Below, in pieces: positions 18,403 to 26,200 of a DNA stretch of 49,205 nt (position 1 is its first letter; each line of letters opens with the position of its first letter). A model generated the notes under the pieces. That model worked only from the letters and a program-made list of their open reading frames with translations, was not told the origin of the DNA and did no database searches. The DNA is from Alphaproteobacteria bacterium UBA3864 (GTDB lineage Bacteria; Pseudomonadota; Alphaproteobacteria; CAAGCB01; CAG-977), in contig DGGW01000085.1 of the NCBI GenBank assembly GCA_002393065.1, forward strand, positions 1 through 49,205. The letters are read 5' to 3'. The translations under genes were made by a program, and so were the position numbers.

Positions 18403-19593
18403 ATGGAAATAACCATTAACGATATAGACGTATTCATTATAACGCATAACAGGGCGCATTTATTGCCCGAAATGATCGAATCCGTTTTGGCGCAAACCGT
18501 CGTTCCCGACAAAATCACCGTATTGGATAATGAAAGCACGGATAATACGGAAGAAGTCTGCCGGTCATACAAAAATAAAAATGTCGTGTATGTCAAAACC
18601 TTCGGACAAAACGGAAATTATTTAAAATCAAAAGATCTGGCATCATGAAAATATATGATACGCCTTCACGACGACAACCTGATCAACATACATTTTTTCG
18701 AATCCGTATTAAAAATTCTGAATAGTTCCGAAAACATTGCGATTGCGACCGCCTCATTCAAAATCTTTTTTACGGAATACGGCTCCTCTTTCCTATATCC
18801 GGATATTACGGATAAAATAAAAAAATACTATTCACGACAACCGTTGGGGCATGATATCATATTGATAAACAACAAAACAGATTTCATCGCCCAAATGATA
18901 AAAAGATTTAACGACAGATTTCTTCCGCCGATAGGAAACACTCCGTTTCTCGTCATAAGAACCGATCTTTTCAAAGAATTTCAGGCTGAAAAAGAAAAAG
19001 AAAAATACGCGAAAGCGGATGATACCGTTTTCTATTTGTTTGCATTGAAACACGGCTCTTTTGCCTGTCTGAGCGACACTAACGCCACTTTTTTCAGAGC
19101 GCATCCGAACAGGGATTCCGAAACGGACGAAAACTCGTTGAATCTGGAACAAACCGAAAACTGGACAAGAATGTATACACAAACGTTCAGAGAAAATGCC
19201 GACCCCGAAATATGGAAAGGTTTTTTCTGTTTGTTTTACGCCGTCTTTCCGGCTTTTTTAAAAAAAGATTTGGTAAAAACATATCCCAATAAAGCTTTGT
19301 TGGAACACTTTTTCAAATGCGGTGTTTTACCTTCCTTTGCTTCGTCGTTCTATAATGAAGAAGAAATATTGAACAGAATGAACAAAATCAATTCCGATCA
19401 ACAGAAAGTGTATAAGAGTTACTTGCTTCCCAACGGCGGCTTTTCCGAAACAAACGATTTTTGGGAGAATGTTTCGGGATTCCGAAAGTACATCGGCATA
19501 AAACATTTCACGAAAAACGGCGTCAAACGAAAATATCTGATTTTATTCAAACACCGCATACTGCTGTGGAAAGTGAAGAAACGGCAGAAATAG
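18403..19593 (+). pseudogene. Family-2 glycosyltransferase interrupted by a single in-frame TGA (18646-18648)
   Basis: ORFs 18391-18648 and 18655-19593 are in the same frame. The junction reads ...KSKDLAS*KYMIRLHDDNL, so the stop sits between the GT2 N-terminal motif (FIITHNRAHLL, LDNESTDNT) and the DxD-type motif (LHDD). ATG 18403 with a GGAGGA RBS is the likely start. Confidence 0.65.
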
Positions 19594-19696
19594 AAATAAA
19601 AGAAAGCCTTGTACGGGCATTTAAAAAGAAGTTGTATGTCAATAAAATGTTTCTATCCCGTTGATTCTATTTTTTTCGTTTTTACAATGAATGACA

Positions 19697-19726
19697 GCCG
19701 CTTCGGTACAAATTGACCGAAGCGGC
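19697..19726. terminator. 11-bp stem hairpin between convergent genes (gccgcttcggt-N8-accgaagcggc)
   Basis: A perfect stem seen between the end of the glycan operon and the end of the tail-fibre chaperone gene. There is no long U-tract on either strand. Confidence 0.45.
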
Positions 19727-19746
19727 ATTTACATTTAAATCGATTT

Positions 19747-20094
19747 TTAAAAATCGTCGAACTTTGACGGAGCGGCATTAAACCAGTCTTCCGTTTTCGT
19801 GTAATCGCGCAGATACTGCCGGTAAGCGCGGTATTGCGTCCGTTCTTCCTCCGTGATCGGAAAATCCGCAATCATAAATTTGTCGGTGTCGGCAAGATAC
19901 TGATTGCGAATAAGGCGGACCTGCTTCTGTTTTTCTTCCGCCGTCGGTTCGGGAACGGAAACGATTTTGAAGCGTCGCCTTCCGTCTTTTGCTTCGATTT
20001 CTTCCAGCATGGCATTGTTTTCATTGCACCAAACCGCCGCGTCCGTATAAACCGAACCGGTTTCGTCCGTAATAATGTCGTTTATTTTTGTCAT
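19747..20094 (-). CDS. Phage tail-fibre assembly/chaperone protein (Tfa-like)
   Basis: 115 aa, immediately downstream of the tail fibre with an AGGAG RBS. The C-terminal pattern (R..YLADTD......PITEEE...Y..YRQYLRDY......W) resembles Tfa-family chaperones. Confidence 0.65.
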   Translation of the reverse strand: MTKINDIITDETGSVYTDAAVWCNENNAMLEEIEAKDGRRRFKIVSVPEPTAEEKQKQVRLIRNQYLADTDKFMIADFPITEEERTQYRAYRQYLRDYTKTEDWFNAAPSKFDDF

Positions 20095-20106
20095 AGTGTC
20101 ATCTCC

Positions 20107-21273
20107 TTAATAACCGCAGGCATACCAGTATTTGTTGCACGAATGATAGGTTTTAAAAATCGTGGTGCTTTTTGTAAAAACATTCATTTGTCCTGTGCTG
20201 GGCCCTTCCGCGTTGTACGCTATTGAAACAACGGCGAAATAATTCGTCGTTGTAAAAGCTTTATTCAAAGTGATTGTCTGATTGACGGCTTGCGCTGTCG
20301 CGCTGACATATCCTCCCTGCTCGATCCAACCGTCCGACCATACCCGATACCAGTTGTTCCCGTTTTTATAGTTCTGCGTAACATAAGCGGGGGCGTCCTT
20401 ACTTGCCGTTGATGAAGTCGTCGCGGCCGTCGTACAACAGTGATTGCGTACCCACGCCGTTGTCGGCATATTCGTCGAATTGTCCGTTGCCGATAAAGCG
20501 GCTGTACATACCGGCGTTAAAGAAAATGTTTTAACCCCGCTGATTTCCTGTGCCGTATCCTTCGTAACGAATTTATCGTTTCCTGTTGACGACAAGTTGC
20601 TCAAGTCCTTGTCCGCTTTTCCGCTCGCATCCGTGTTGAGCGCGTACCATTTGGCAGAATAATCGGAACCTTCGACAGGGGCATCCGTCTTCGTCGCCCA
20701 ATCCCGCGCCGTGCTTGCCGAAGCCGCCGCGTTGCCCGCCTGCGTCGGCGCCGCTTGAATAGCCGCGATATTCACCGCCGCCGTACCGATATCCGTCAAA
20801 TTCGCGGAAACGGCCGCAACGTCCGACGAATGCGCCGCGACGCTCGTCATGTCGTCTTTGATGTTCCACAGGTCTTCCACTTTCCTGACCAGAGTGTCCG
20901 GTTCCGTCGCGGAAAACATGCCGGTCTTGACCGATCGTCCGCTTTCTTCCGCCAACTGCTGGACCTGCATCGTCAGTTTGTCGAAATTGCGTTCGAGCGT
21001 TTCGGCGGGCAGGATCTCGTTTTCCCGATAGTCCGTTTCCTGCGTCAAAGGCACTTCGCGCATGATGATGATCCGCGCCCCGTCGGCCGGCGCCGTTTCA
21101 AAAACCAGGTTTCCGCCCGAAACCGTCCAGTCCGTCCGTTGCGTTTGAATGTTGTTCAGGAATTGCCAAACCTTCAAATGCTCCCGTTCCAAAAAAGGAA
21201 ACGGGATCGCGAAACTGACCGCAACCCCGTTTCCGGTATAAGACACTTTGTTTGTTGTTGTGCTTACCGTCAT
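20107..21273 (-). CDS. Phage tail fibre protein
   Basis: 388 aa. The N-terminal module is YTGNGVAVSFAIPFPF...LKVW...RIIIMREVPLTQETDY...ERNFDKLTMQVQQLAEE. An Ala/Ser-rich coiled region with SAKWYA follows, then DNSTNMPTTAWV and the C-terminal WYRVWSDGWIEQGG tip domain. Confidence 0.8.
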   Translation of the reverse strand: MTVSTTTNKVSYTGNGVAVSFAIPFPFLEREHLKVWQFLNNIQTQRTDWTVSGGNLVFETAPADGARIIIMREVPLTQETDYRENEILPAETLERNFDKLTMQVQQLAEESGRSVKTGMFSATEPDTLVRKVEDLWNIKDDMTSVAAHSSDVAAVSANLTDIGTAAVNIAAIQAAPTQAGNAAASASTARDWATKTDAPVEGSDYSAKWYALNTDASGKADKDLSNLSSTGNDKFVTKDTAQEISGVKTFSLTPVCTAALSATDNSTNMPTTAWVRNHCCTTAATTSSTASKDAPAYVTQNYKNGNNWYRVWSDGWIEQGGYVSATAQAVNQTITLNKAFTTTNYFAVVSIAYNAEGPSTGQMNVFTKSTTIFKTYHSCNKYWYACGY

Positions 21274-21338
21274 TATTTTTCCTCATAAAAAAAGCGGGAG
21301 TTTGCACTCTCGCCATGACATCAGCATTTTCTCAAGAT

Positions 21339-21355
21339 AATAACATTATGTTATT
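21339..21355. promoter_or_regulatory. Palindrome aataacat-t-atgttatt upstream of the tail-fibre gene (candidate operator)
   Basis: Perfect 8-bp arms with a 1-nt spacer, about 65 bp upstream of the tail-fibre ATG in an AT-rich spacer. Confidence 0.3.
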
Positions 21356-21423
21356 TTTAATTATAAATGCAAGTGAAATCTATCATCATCGATAAGCTTG
21401 TGAATCTGATTTAACGCGTTACT

Positions 21424-21582
21424 TTGCGGAGAATAACCCGTATAATCTCCGCAGAATGTGCGGAGATATGTAAATGTTCTCAGGACACAGCGAACAGAGC
21501 CATTAAGGATCTTATCGTTCAGGATGTTCCGGAACAGGCCGGGGCCGGCAGAAATACGCATTATGTTTTGAAACGCCGGTGA
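21424..21582 (+). pseudogene. Short winged-helix fragment resembling the C-terminal wHTH of Fic/AlbA_2-type proteins (likely gene remnant)
   Basis: My own translation gives ...ITRIISAECAEICKCSQDTANRAIKDLIVQDVPEQAGAGRNTHYVLKRR*. It is preceded by an in-frame TAA and has only a TTG start. It is below the ORF-track length cutoff. Confidence 0.35.
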
Positions 21583-21583
21583 T

Positions 21584-22789
21584 TTATCCGTTCAGCCAAT
21601 TGACCACATGAACGACTTTGATGCCGTCTTCGGTGACGCCTGTGTAAAGATCGTCCGTTGTTAAAACAATCTTTTCAAAGTTGTCGTGAACATTTTTTAA
21701 TGCCGTAAACTCTCTTTCGCGGGAGGTCTCGTCCGACAAACGTTCACAGACCTGAATGTATTTTTTGTCATTGCCGCCAGACGCGATAAAATCAATCTCT
21801 TTATCACCGACTTTTCCGATGCTGACCGTATAGCCGCGCCTTAAAAGCTCGAAGTAAACGATGTTCTCGATCAATCTGCCCGTATCGGACACTTTCGCGA
21901 CCAAAAAGTTTTTCAACCCGCTGTCAACGACATAATATTTTTCAAGACTGCGCAGAAACCCTTTTCCTTTTACATCATATCGTCCGACCGGATAAATGAA
22001 GAAGGCGTTCTTTAAGAGAGTTATATATTTTTCTATCAGTTTGTTGTTCGCGGAAGGGATGCTCTTTTCATTTGCCAAAATCTGCGTGATCTTGTTTACC
22101 GACGTGATGTTTCCGATATTGTCCGCTAAGAATAAAACAAGCTTTTGCAGAACGGCGACATCTTTGACATCATTTTTTGATAAAACGTCTTTCATCAAAA
22201 CCGTGTTATAGATTCCTTCCAAAACCTGTTTTGTTTTTGTTTCATCAAAGTCGCAGCTGACCAGAGAGGGCATACCTCCGAATTTAACGTAAGAGGCAAA
22301 TTTTTCTCTTATTCCGGTTCCTTCTGGGAAAGTGTAAAAATCCAAAAATTCTTTAAAGGACAGCGGCAGCATTTTGATTTCAACAAACCTGCCGGACAGA
22401 TAAGTGGAAAGTTCGGAAGACAACAAATACGCATTCGAACCGGTCAGATAAATGTCCAACCGTTCATTCAGAAAGAGAGAGTTGACGGCTTTCTCCCATT
22501 GAGGGACGCGCTGCACTTCATCAAGAAAAACATAAACTTTTCCCGTACCGTCGGGAAGATGATCAAGAACGAACCGATTCAAAGCCTTGTAATCCATACC
22601 GTCGTATTGCAGGTCTTCAAAGTTCATCGACAGAATATCCTGCTCCGAAACGCTTTGATGTTTCAATTCGTCAATATATGTCTTCAGCAAACTTGATTTG
22701 CCGCAGCGGCGAATACCCGTAATCACTTTGATAAAAGGGTTATCTTTAAAGTCGAACAACTTTTGCATATACAACGGACGGACAATCAT
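21584..22789 (-). CDS. AAA-type ATPase with C-terminal DUF4143-like domain
   Basis: 401 aa. Has Walker A GIRRCGKSS and Walker B VYVFLDEVQ, and the C-terminus has the typical EIDFI...IQV signature. AAAGGAG RBS. Confidence 0.85.
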   Translation of the reverse strand: MIVRPLYMQKLFDFKDNPFIKVITGIRRCGKSSLLKTYIDELKHQSVSEQDILSMNFEDLQYDGMDYKALNRFVLDHLPDGTGKVYVFLDEVQRVPQWEKAVNSLFLNERLDIYLTGSNAYLLSSELSTYLSGRFVEIKMLPLSFKEFLDFYTFPEGTGIREKFASYVKFGGMPSLVSCDFDETKTKQVLEGIYNTVLMKDVLSKNDVKDVAVLQKLVLFLADNIGNITSVNKITQILANEKSIPSANNKLIEKYITLLKNAFFIYPVGRYDVKGKGFLRSLEKYYVVDSGLKNFLVAKVSDTGRLIENIVYFELLRRGYTVSIGKVGDKEIDFIASGGNDKKYIQVCERLSDETSREREFTALKNVHDNFEKIVLTTDDLYTGVTEDGIKVVHVVNWLNG

Positions 22790-23010
22790 CTCATTTCTCC
22801 TTTAAAGAGATGGTATCACAGAAAGGATCCTGAAAGACAGGCTTTTTGTAAAAAAATCCAAAAACTATAAAAATATTAAGGTTTTTAGAAAAATTTTTAA
22901 GATACGCTTTTTATTTCCGTTGACATTTCATTGACAAACCGGGAAACGGTTCAGGCGGCTTTGTCGGCATTTCGGCCTGTTTGAATCGCCCGATAAACAG
23001 CCGTTTGGAA

Positions 23011-23403
23011 TCATTTGTTGAAGAATTCGTTGAAATCGGGGGAGAAAGTGAGTTCCAGGCACCAATCGCCGCGGTGGCGCCGTTCGTAATCGTTATGTTT
23101 TAAAGGAAAGCCGTAAGCTGCCTTGACGGCAATATCGTACGGCAGTTGGATGCGCAAACCGGCGCCGGCGGAAATCAAAAGGTTGTCGCGGAAATCCGTT
23201 CCGTCATCAGGATAAAGCGCGGCGAAGTCGATAAATACAAACGGGCGGACGTGTTCATCGGTCCGGTAAGTTTTGTTATTGACGTTAAACTCTGCCGGAC
23301 CGATCGGGAAATAGATTTCCGCGCCAAGCTGATAACCGGATTTGGCCGTCAGCAAGCCTTGCGAATAATCGCGTACCGAACCGAAACCGCTCGGTCGGGG
23401 CAA
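23011..23403 (-). pseudogene. C-terminal fragment of an outer-membrane beta-barrel protein (ShlB/FhaC/Omp85-like)
   Basis: Only 130 aa, with a TTG start directly after an in-frame stop. The alternating beta-strand pattern and SAGAGLRIQLPYDIAVKAAYGFPL resemble the last strands of TpsB/Omp85 barrels. No POTRA or N-terminal barrel is present. Confidence 0.5.
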
Positions 23404-23412
23404 ACGCTAAAA

Positions 23413-24174
23413 TTATTTGCTGATTCCAACTACCGTTACATATCTGAAAACAATATCCCCGCTGCGCTTGTTTTCAAGTTCAAAAGATGCGGATTCTCCG
23501 ATAGCGCACTCTTTTAAGGCTTCGCACACCGGTGCCGATGCTATAACTTCATTGGTATCAGTGTTATTAACAAAGGATATTTTGGTTGTCTTTATGTCAT
23601 CGATATCGTTATCATAATAAAATGATACTGTATCGCCGACTTTAGGAGTAATGCACAAGTCTTTTTATTGTTTTTTATTTGTATTTTTTTCTTCAAGGGC
23701 TGTTTCGTCAAAAGAAAATTCATCATCATCATTTTCTTTGTCGTCCGATGAAATTTTTAACGATGGAGCTTTTTTGCGCTTTTTTTTCGGCATCTTTCAA
23801 AAAATCAATCAAAAGCGCCGTTTCCGTTTTTACATCCCGGAACCAATCAAAAGACCAAATACGATAGAGAGACCATCCTAAACCGGTCAGTACGGCGGGC
23901 TTAATTCTGTCGCGATCACGCGTAAATTATATTTTGCGCGAGTAAATAACACGTTCAAACGTCGATAACCTTGCTTTCCGTTAATCGGACCGAATCTTCT
24001 GTTAACCTTTCCGCCCTCCTTTTTCGGCCCGTAAACGGTTGAAATAAATATCGAATCCCGTTCATCACCTTGGATGTTTTCAAGGTTTTTAATGAAAAAC
24101 GGCTCTAATGTGTCAGCATACTTGCTACGATATTCTTCCACTTTCGGGTCTTCCATACACAAATCGTCAAACAT
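23413..24174 (-). pseudogene. Decayed 3' end of a large SF1 helicase (DUF4011/AAA_12/DUF3320-type)
   Basis: ORF 23887-24174 carries helicase motifs V-VI (NLENIQGDERDSIFIS, FGPIN, YRRLNVLFTRAK). A different frame then reads GWSLYRIWSFDWFRD, the end of the nuclease-like domain. There is a frame break at an 8-nt homopolymer (23780-23787). An in-frame TAA precedes the 81-aa ORF 23413-23658. Confidence 0.65.
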
Positions 24175-24799
24175 ACGTTCTAACAGTTTGCGTTGCTCGC
24201 TGTTGTCGTCAACAACGGGGTATTAACGACGGACACGGTTTTTTTGGCGGGCGGCGGCAAAATCGCCGAAAGCGCTCTGAACGAACAGCCCGGAACGATA
24301 GCAAACAAGGCTCCTTTGATCGAAACGACGCGTCGGAACAACGAAAAGCGACTCCTGCAGGAAATAACGGATCTGAAAGGGTTGAAATCGAACCAGATCC
24401 GCCAGATGCGGCTGATGGACGAAGAACGGCGCGCCCAGGGAAAAACCGTTGAGCCGGGACCGCCCGCCCTGCTGGGTGCGTCAGACGGGCGAAGAAACGT
24501 TCAAAGAAGAGATACCTTTTCATATCGAGCTGTTGAAAAACGGTTTTACCGTTCACAACGTTTCGCCCGAAGGATGGGGATCAGGCTTCCTTTTCGCCTG
24601 ATTTCCATGACATACGAAGCGTTGCGCCAAAAACGCCGCGGACAGTGATCACTGTCCGGACCGGTTTCTTTCCATAATGCGCTACACCTGCGAATGAGGA
24701 TGTTCGAACCTTATGCGTTTTTTTACAAAAAAATCTGATGAACAAAAGCCCGATTGGAAAAAAGGTGAAAGAAAAACAAAAAATAGTAACCTTTAATTC

Positions 24800-24828
24800 T
24801 TGCAACGCGGATTTTTTTATTTTATAAA
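24800..24828 (+). promoter_or_regulatory. Candidate sigma-70-type promoter of mucR (TTGCAA-17 nt-TATAAA)
   Basis: -35 at 24800-24805, -10 at 23823+1000=24823-24828, with a 17-nt spacer. AAAGGAG RBS at about 24852. AT-rich upstream region. Confidence 0.4.
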
Positions 24829-24865
24829 AGAATATCTCATCCCTATATATTAAAGGAGTATTATA

Positions 24866-25282
24866 ATGACTGAAGAACGTTTTACGGCGGAAGATTTGCT
24901 CGCCTTTACAACGGAAATCGTTTCGTCGCACGTTTCGAACAATGAAACGTCGGCCGAATCTTTGCCGGCGTTGATCAAAGAAGTTTACCGCACTCTGGCG
25001 TCGCTGAACGCGCCGGTGGAAACCCCGACGGCCGAGGAAAAGCCCGTCCCCGCCGTTCCCGTCAAAAAATCGGTTTTCCCCGATTACATCGTTTGTCTGG
25101 AAGACGGCAAAAAGCTGAAGATGCTGAAACGGCATTTGAAAACGGCTTACAACATGACGATCGAAGAATACCGCGCGCGTTGGAACCTGCCGGCGGATTA
25201 CCCCGTCGTCGCGCCGAATTACGCGAACAAGCGCTCCGATCTGGCCAAGAAGATCGGTCTCGGCAACCGCCGCAAGAAATAA
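24866..25282 (+). CDS. mucR: MucR/Ros family zinc-finger transcriptional regulator
   Basis: 138 aa. CLEDGKKLKMLKRHLKTAYNMTIEEYRARWNLPADYPVVAPNYANKRSDLAKKIGLG is the Ros/MucR signature. Confidence 0.92.
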   Translation: MTEERFTAEDLLAFTTEIVSSHVSNNETSAESLPALIKEVYRTLASLNAPVETPTAEEKPVPAVPVKKSVFPDYIVCLEDGKKLKMLKRHLKTAYNMTIEEYRARWNLPADYPVVAPNYANKRSDLAKKIGLGNRRKK

Positions 25283-25333
25283 AGCGTAAGTTTCGTTCCG
25301 GCGAACGGACGCCGGCCGATTTGGTGCTAACCG

Positions 25334-25726
25334 ATGCCGGAAAAGAACATAAATAACGCAGAATCGGACTTTCACCGCCGCCGCAGGGCTTTTATCATTC
25401 TGGGCGGCGGTGTTTTGGTTGCGCCGGACGGTTTTGACGGGGCTCATTTCGATTTGTTGCGTCAAAGCGGTTTTACGTCCGAAGAAGCGCGGGATTTGAT
25501 AGCTTCCAATCCGCGCGGATACGCTTTGGACGGTAACGTTTTTTTGTATCAGGGGGAGTCTTTTTCCTGTCTTTCGTCCGAAAACGAAAAAACGGCGCGG
25601 ATATGGTTTCCTTTTTTTGAAAAAAACGGCTGGCTGAAAACGGACGGTCGGATTTACAACGGTATGCGGGCAGGGGAAAAGGGGACGGTTTGGCGCCCGA
25701 TAAAAGAGATTGAAAAATCATTTTGA
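25334..25726 (+). CDS. Hypothetical protein
   Basis: 130-aa ORF with genome-like composition. No motif recognised. Confidence 0.5.
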   Translation: MPEKNINNAESDFHRRRRAFIILGGGVLVAPDGFDGAHFDLLRQSGFTSEEARDLIASNPRGYALDGNVFLYQGESFSCLSSENEKTARIWFPFFEKNGWLKTDGRIYNGMRAGEKGTVWRPIKEIEKSF

Positions 25727-25740
25727 AAAGAGAGGAAAGG

Positions 25741-25764
25741 AGCTTTTCAAAAGCCTTTTTTTTT
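25741..25764 (+). terminator. Hairpin (agctttt-c-aaaagc) followed by T9, abutting the ycgN ATG
   Basis: The stem agctttt/aaaagc is followed by nine T (25756-25764), and ATG follows at 25766. Confidence 0.4.
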
Positions 25765-25765
25765 A

Positions 25766-26200
25766 ATGAAACATTTTTGGGAAACGAAGAGCCTTTCCGA
25801 ACTGGACGAACGGGAATGGGAAGCGCTGTGCGACGGGTGCGGCAAGTGCTGTTTGGAAAAAGTCGTCTATAAAGACGACGGACAGCTTGTTTTTACCGAC
25901 GTGGCGTGTAAATTGTTGGACAGGCGGACGGGGCGGTGTTCGCATTACGCCGACCGGCGGCGTTTCGTTCCCGACTGTCTGAAACTGTCCGCCGGAAACA
26001 TCGGGGACTGTTTCTGGTTGCCGAAAACGTGCGCTTACCGTCTGATAGCCGAAGGAAAGCCTTTGCCCGAATGGCATCCGCTGGTGTCCGGCGATCCGCG
26101 AAGCGTCAGGCGGGCGGGAAAGTCGATCGTCGGTCGGGCGGTCGCTCCCGTCCCCGAAGAGGAATTTCAGGAGCATCTGGTTTATTGGGAGGATCTGTGA
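25766..26200 (+). CDS. ycgN: YcgN family (UPF0260) cysteine-cluster protein
   Basis: 144 aa. EWEALCDGCGKCCLEK...CKLLD..TGRCSHYADRRRFVPDC...LPKTCAYRL is characteristic of YcgN. Confidence 0.9.
   Translation: MKHFWETKSLSELDEREWEALCDGCGKCCLEKVVYKDDGQLVFTDVACKLLDRRTGRCSHYADRRRFVPDCLKLSAGNIGDCFWLPKTCAYRLIAEGKPLPEWHPLVSGDPRSVRRAGKSIVGRAVAPVPEEEFQEHLVYWEDL

Noticed and set aside
18646-18648. TGA recoding (genetic code 4/25 or selenocysteine) as the explanation for the in-frame stop in the GT2 gene
   Set aside because: Many well-defined genes in the window end at TGA exactly where their families end (rfbF, ycgN, the DUF3795 gene, the HEPN gene). I see no SECIS-like hairpin immediately downstream. 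A point mutation or sequencing error is simpler.
20107-21273. Diversity-generating retroelement targeting the tail-fibre C-terminus
   Set aside because: There is no reverse transcriptase gene and no template-repeat copy of the 3' end of the fibre gene anywhere in the window.
24193-24648. 151-aa + strand ORF, and overlapping ORFs 24108-24452 (+) and 24209-24556 (-), in the gap between the helicase remnant and mucR
   Set aside because: No RBS, no recognisable motif, and three mutually overlapping frames of similar length. Another frame gives a short plausible-looking fragment (EEIPFHIELLKNGFTVHNVSPEGW). Overall this looks like degraded sequence rather than a functional gene.
24581-25465. 294-aa minus-strand ORF spanning the mucR region
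   Set aside because: It overlaps the unmistakable MucR/Ros CDS on the opposite strand and runs through the AT-rich promoter region. The translation shows no domain features.
25936-26196. N-terminal extensions of track ORFs: 25936-26886, 29439-30836, 42022-43410, 43912-44844 and 45841-46677
   Set aside because: The extended parts overlap neighbouring genuine genes or terminator hairpins and translate to Arg/Ser-rich junk. Internal starts with good RBS and family-typical N-termini were used instead: 26197, 30428, 42655, 44506 and 45931.
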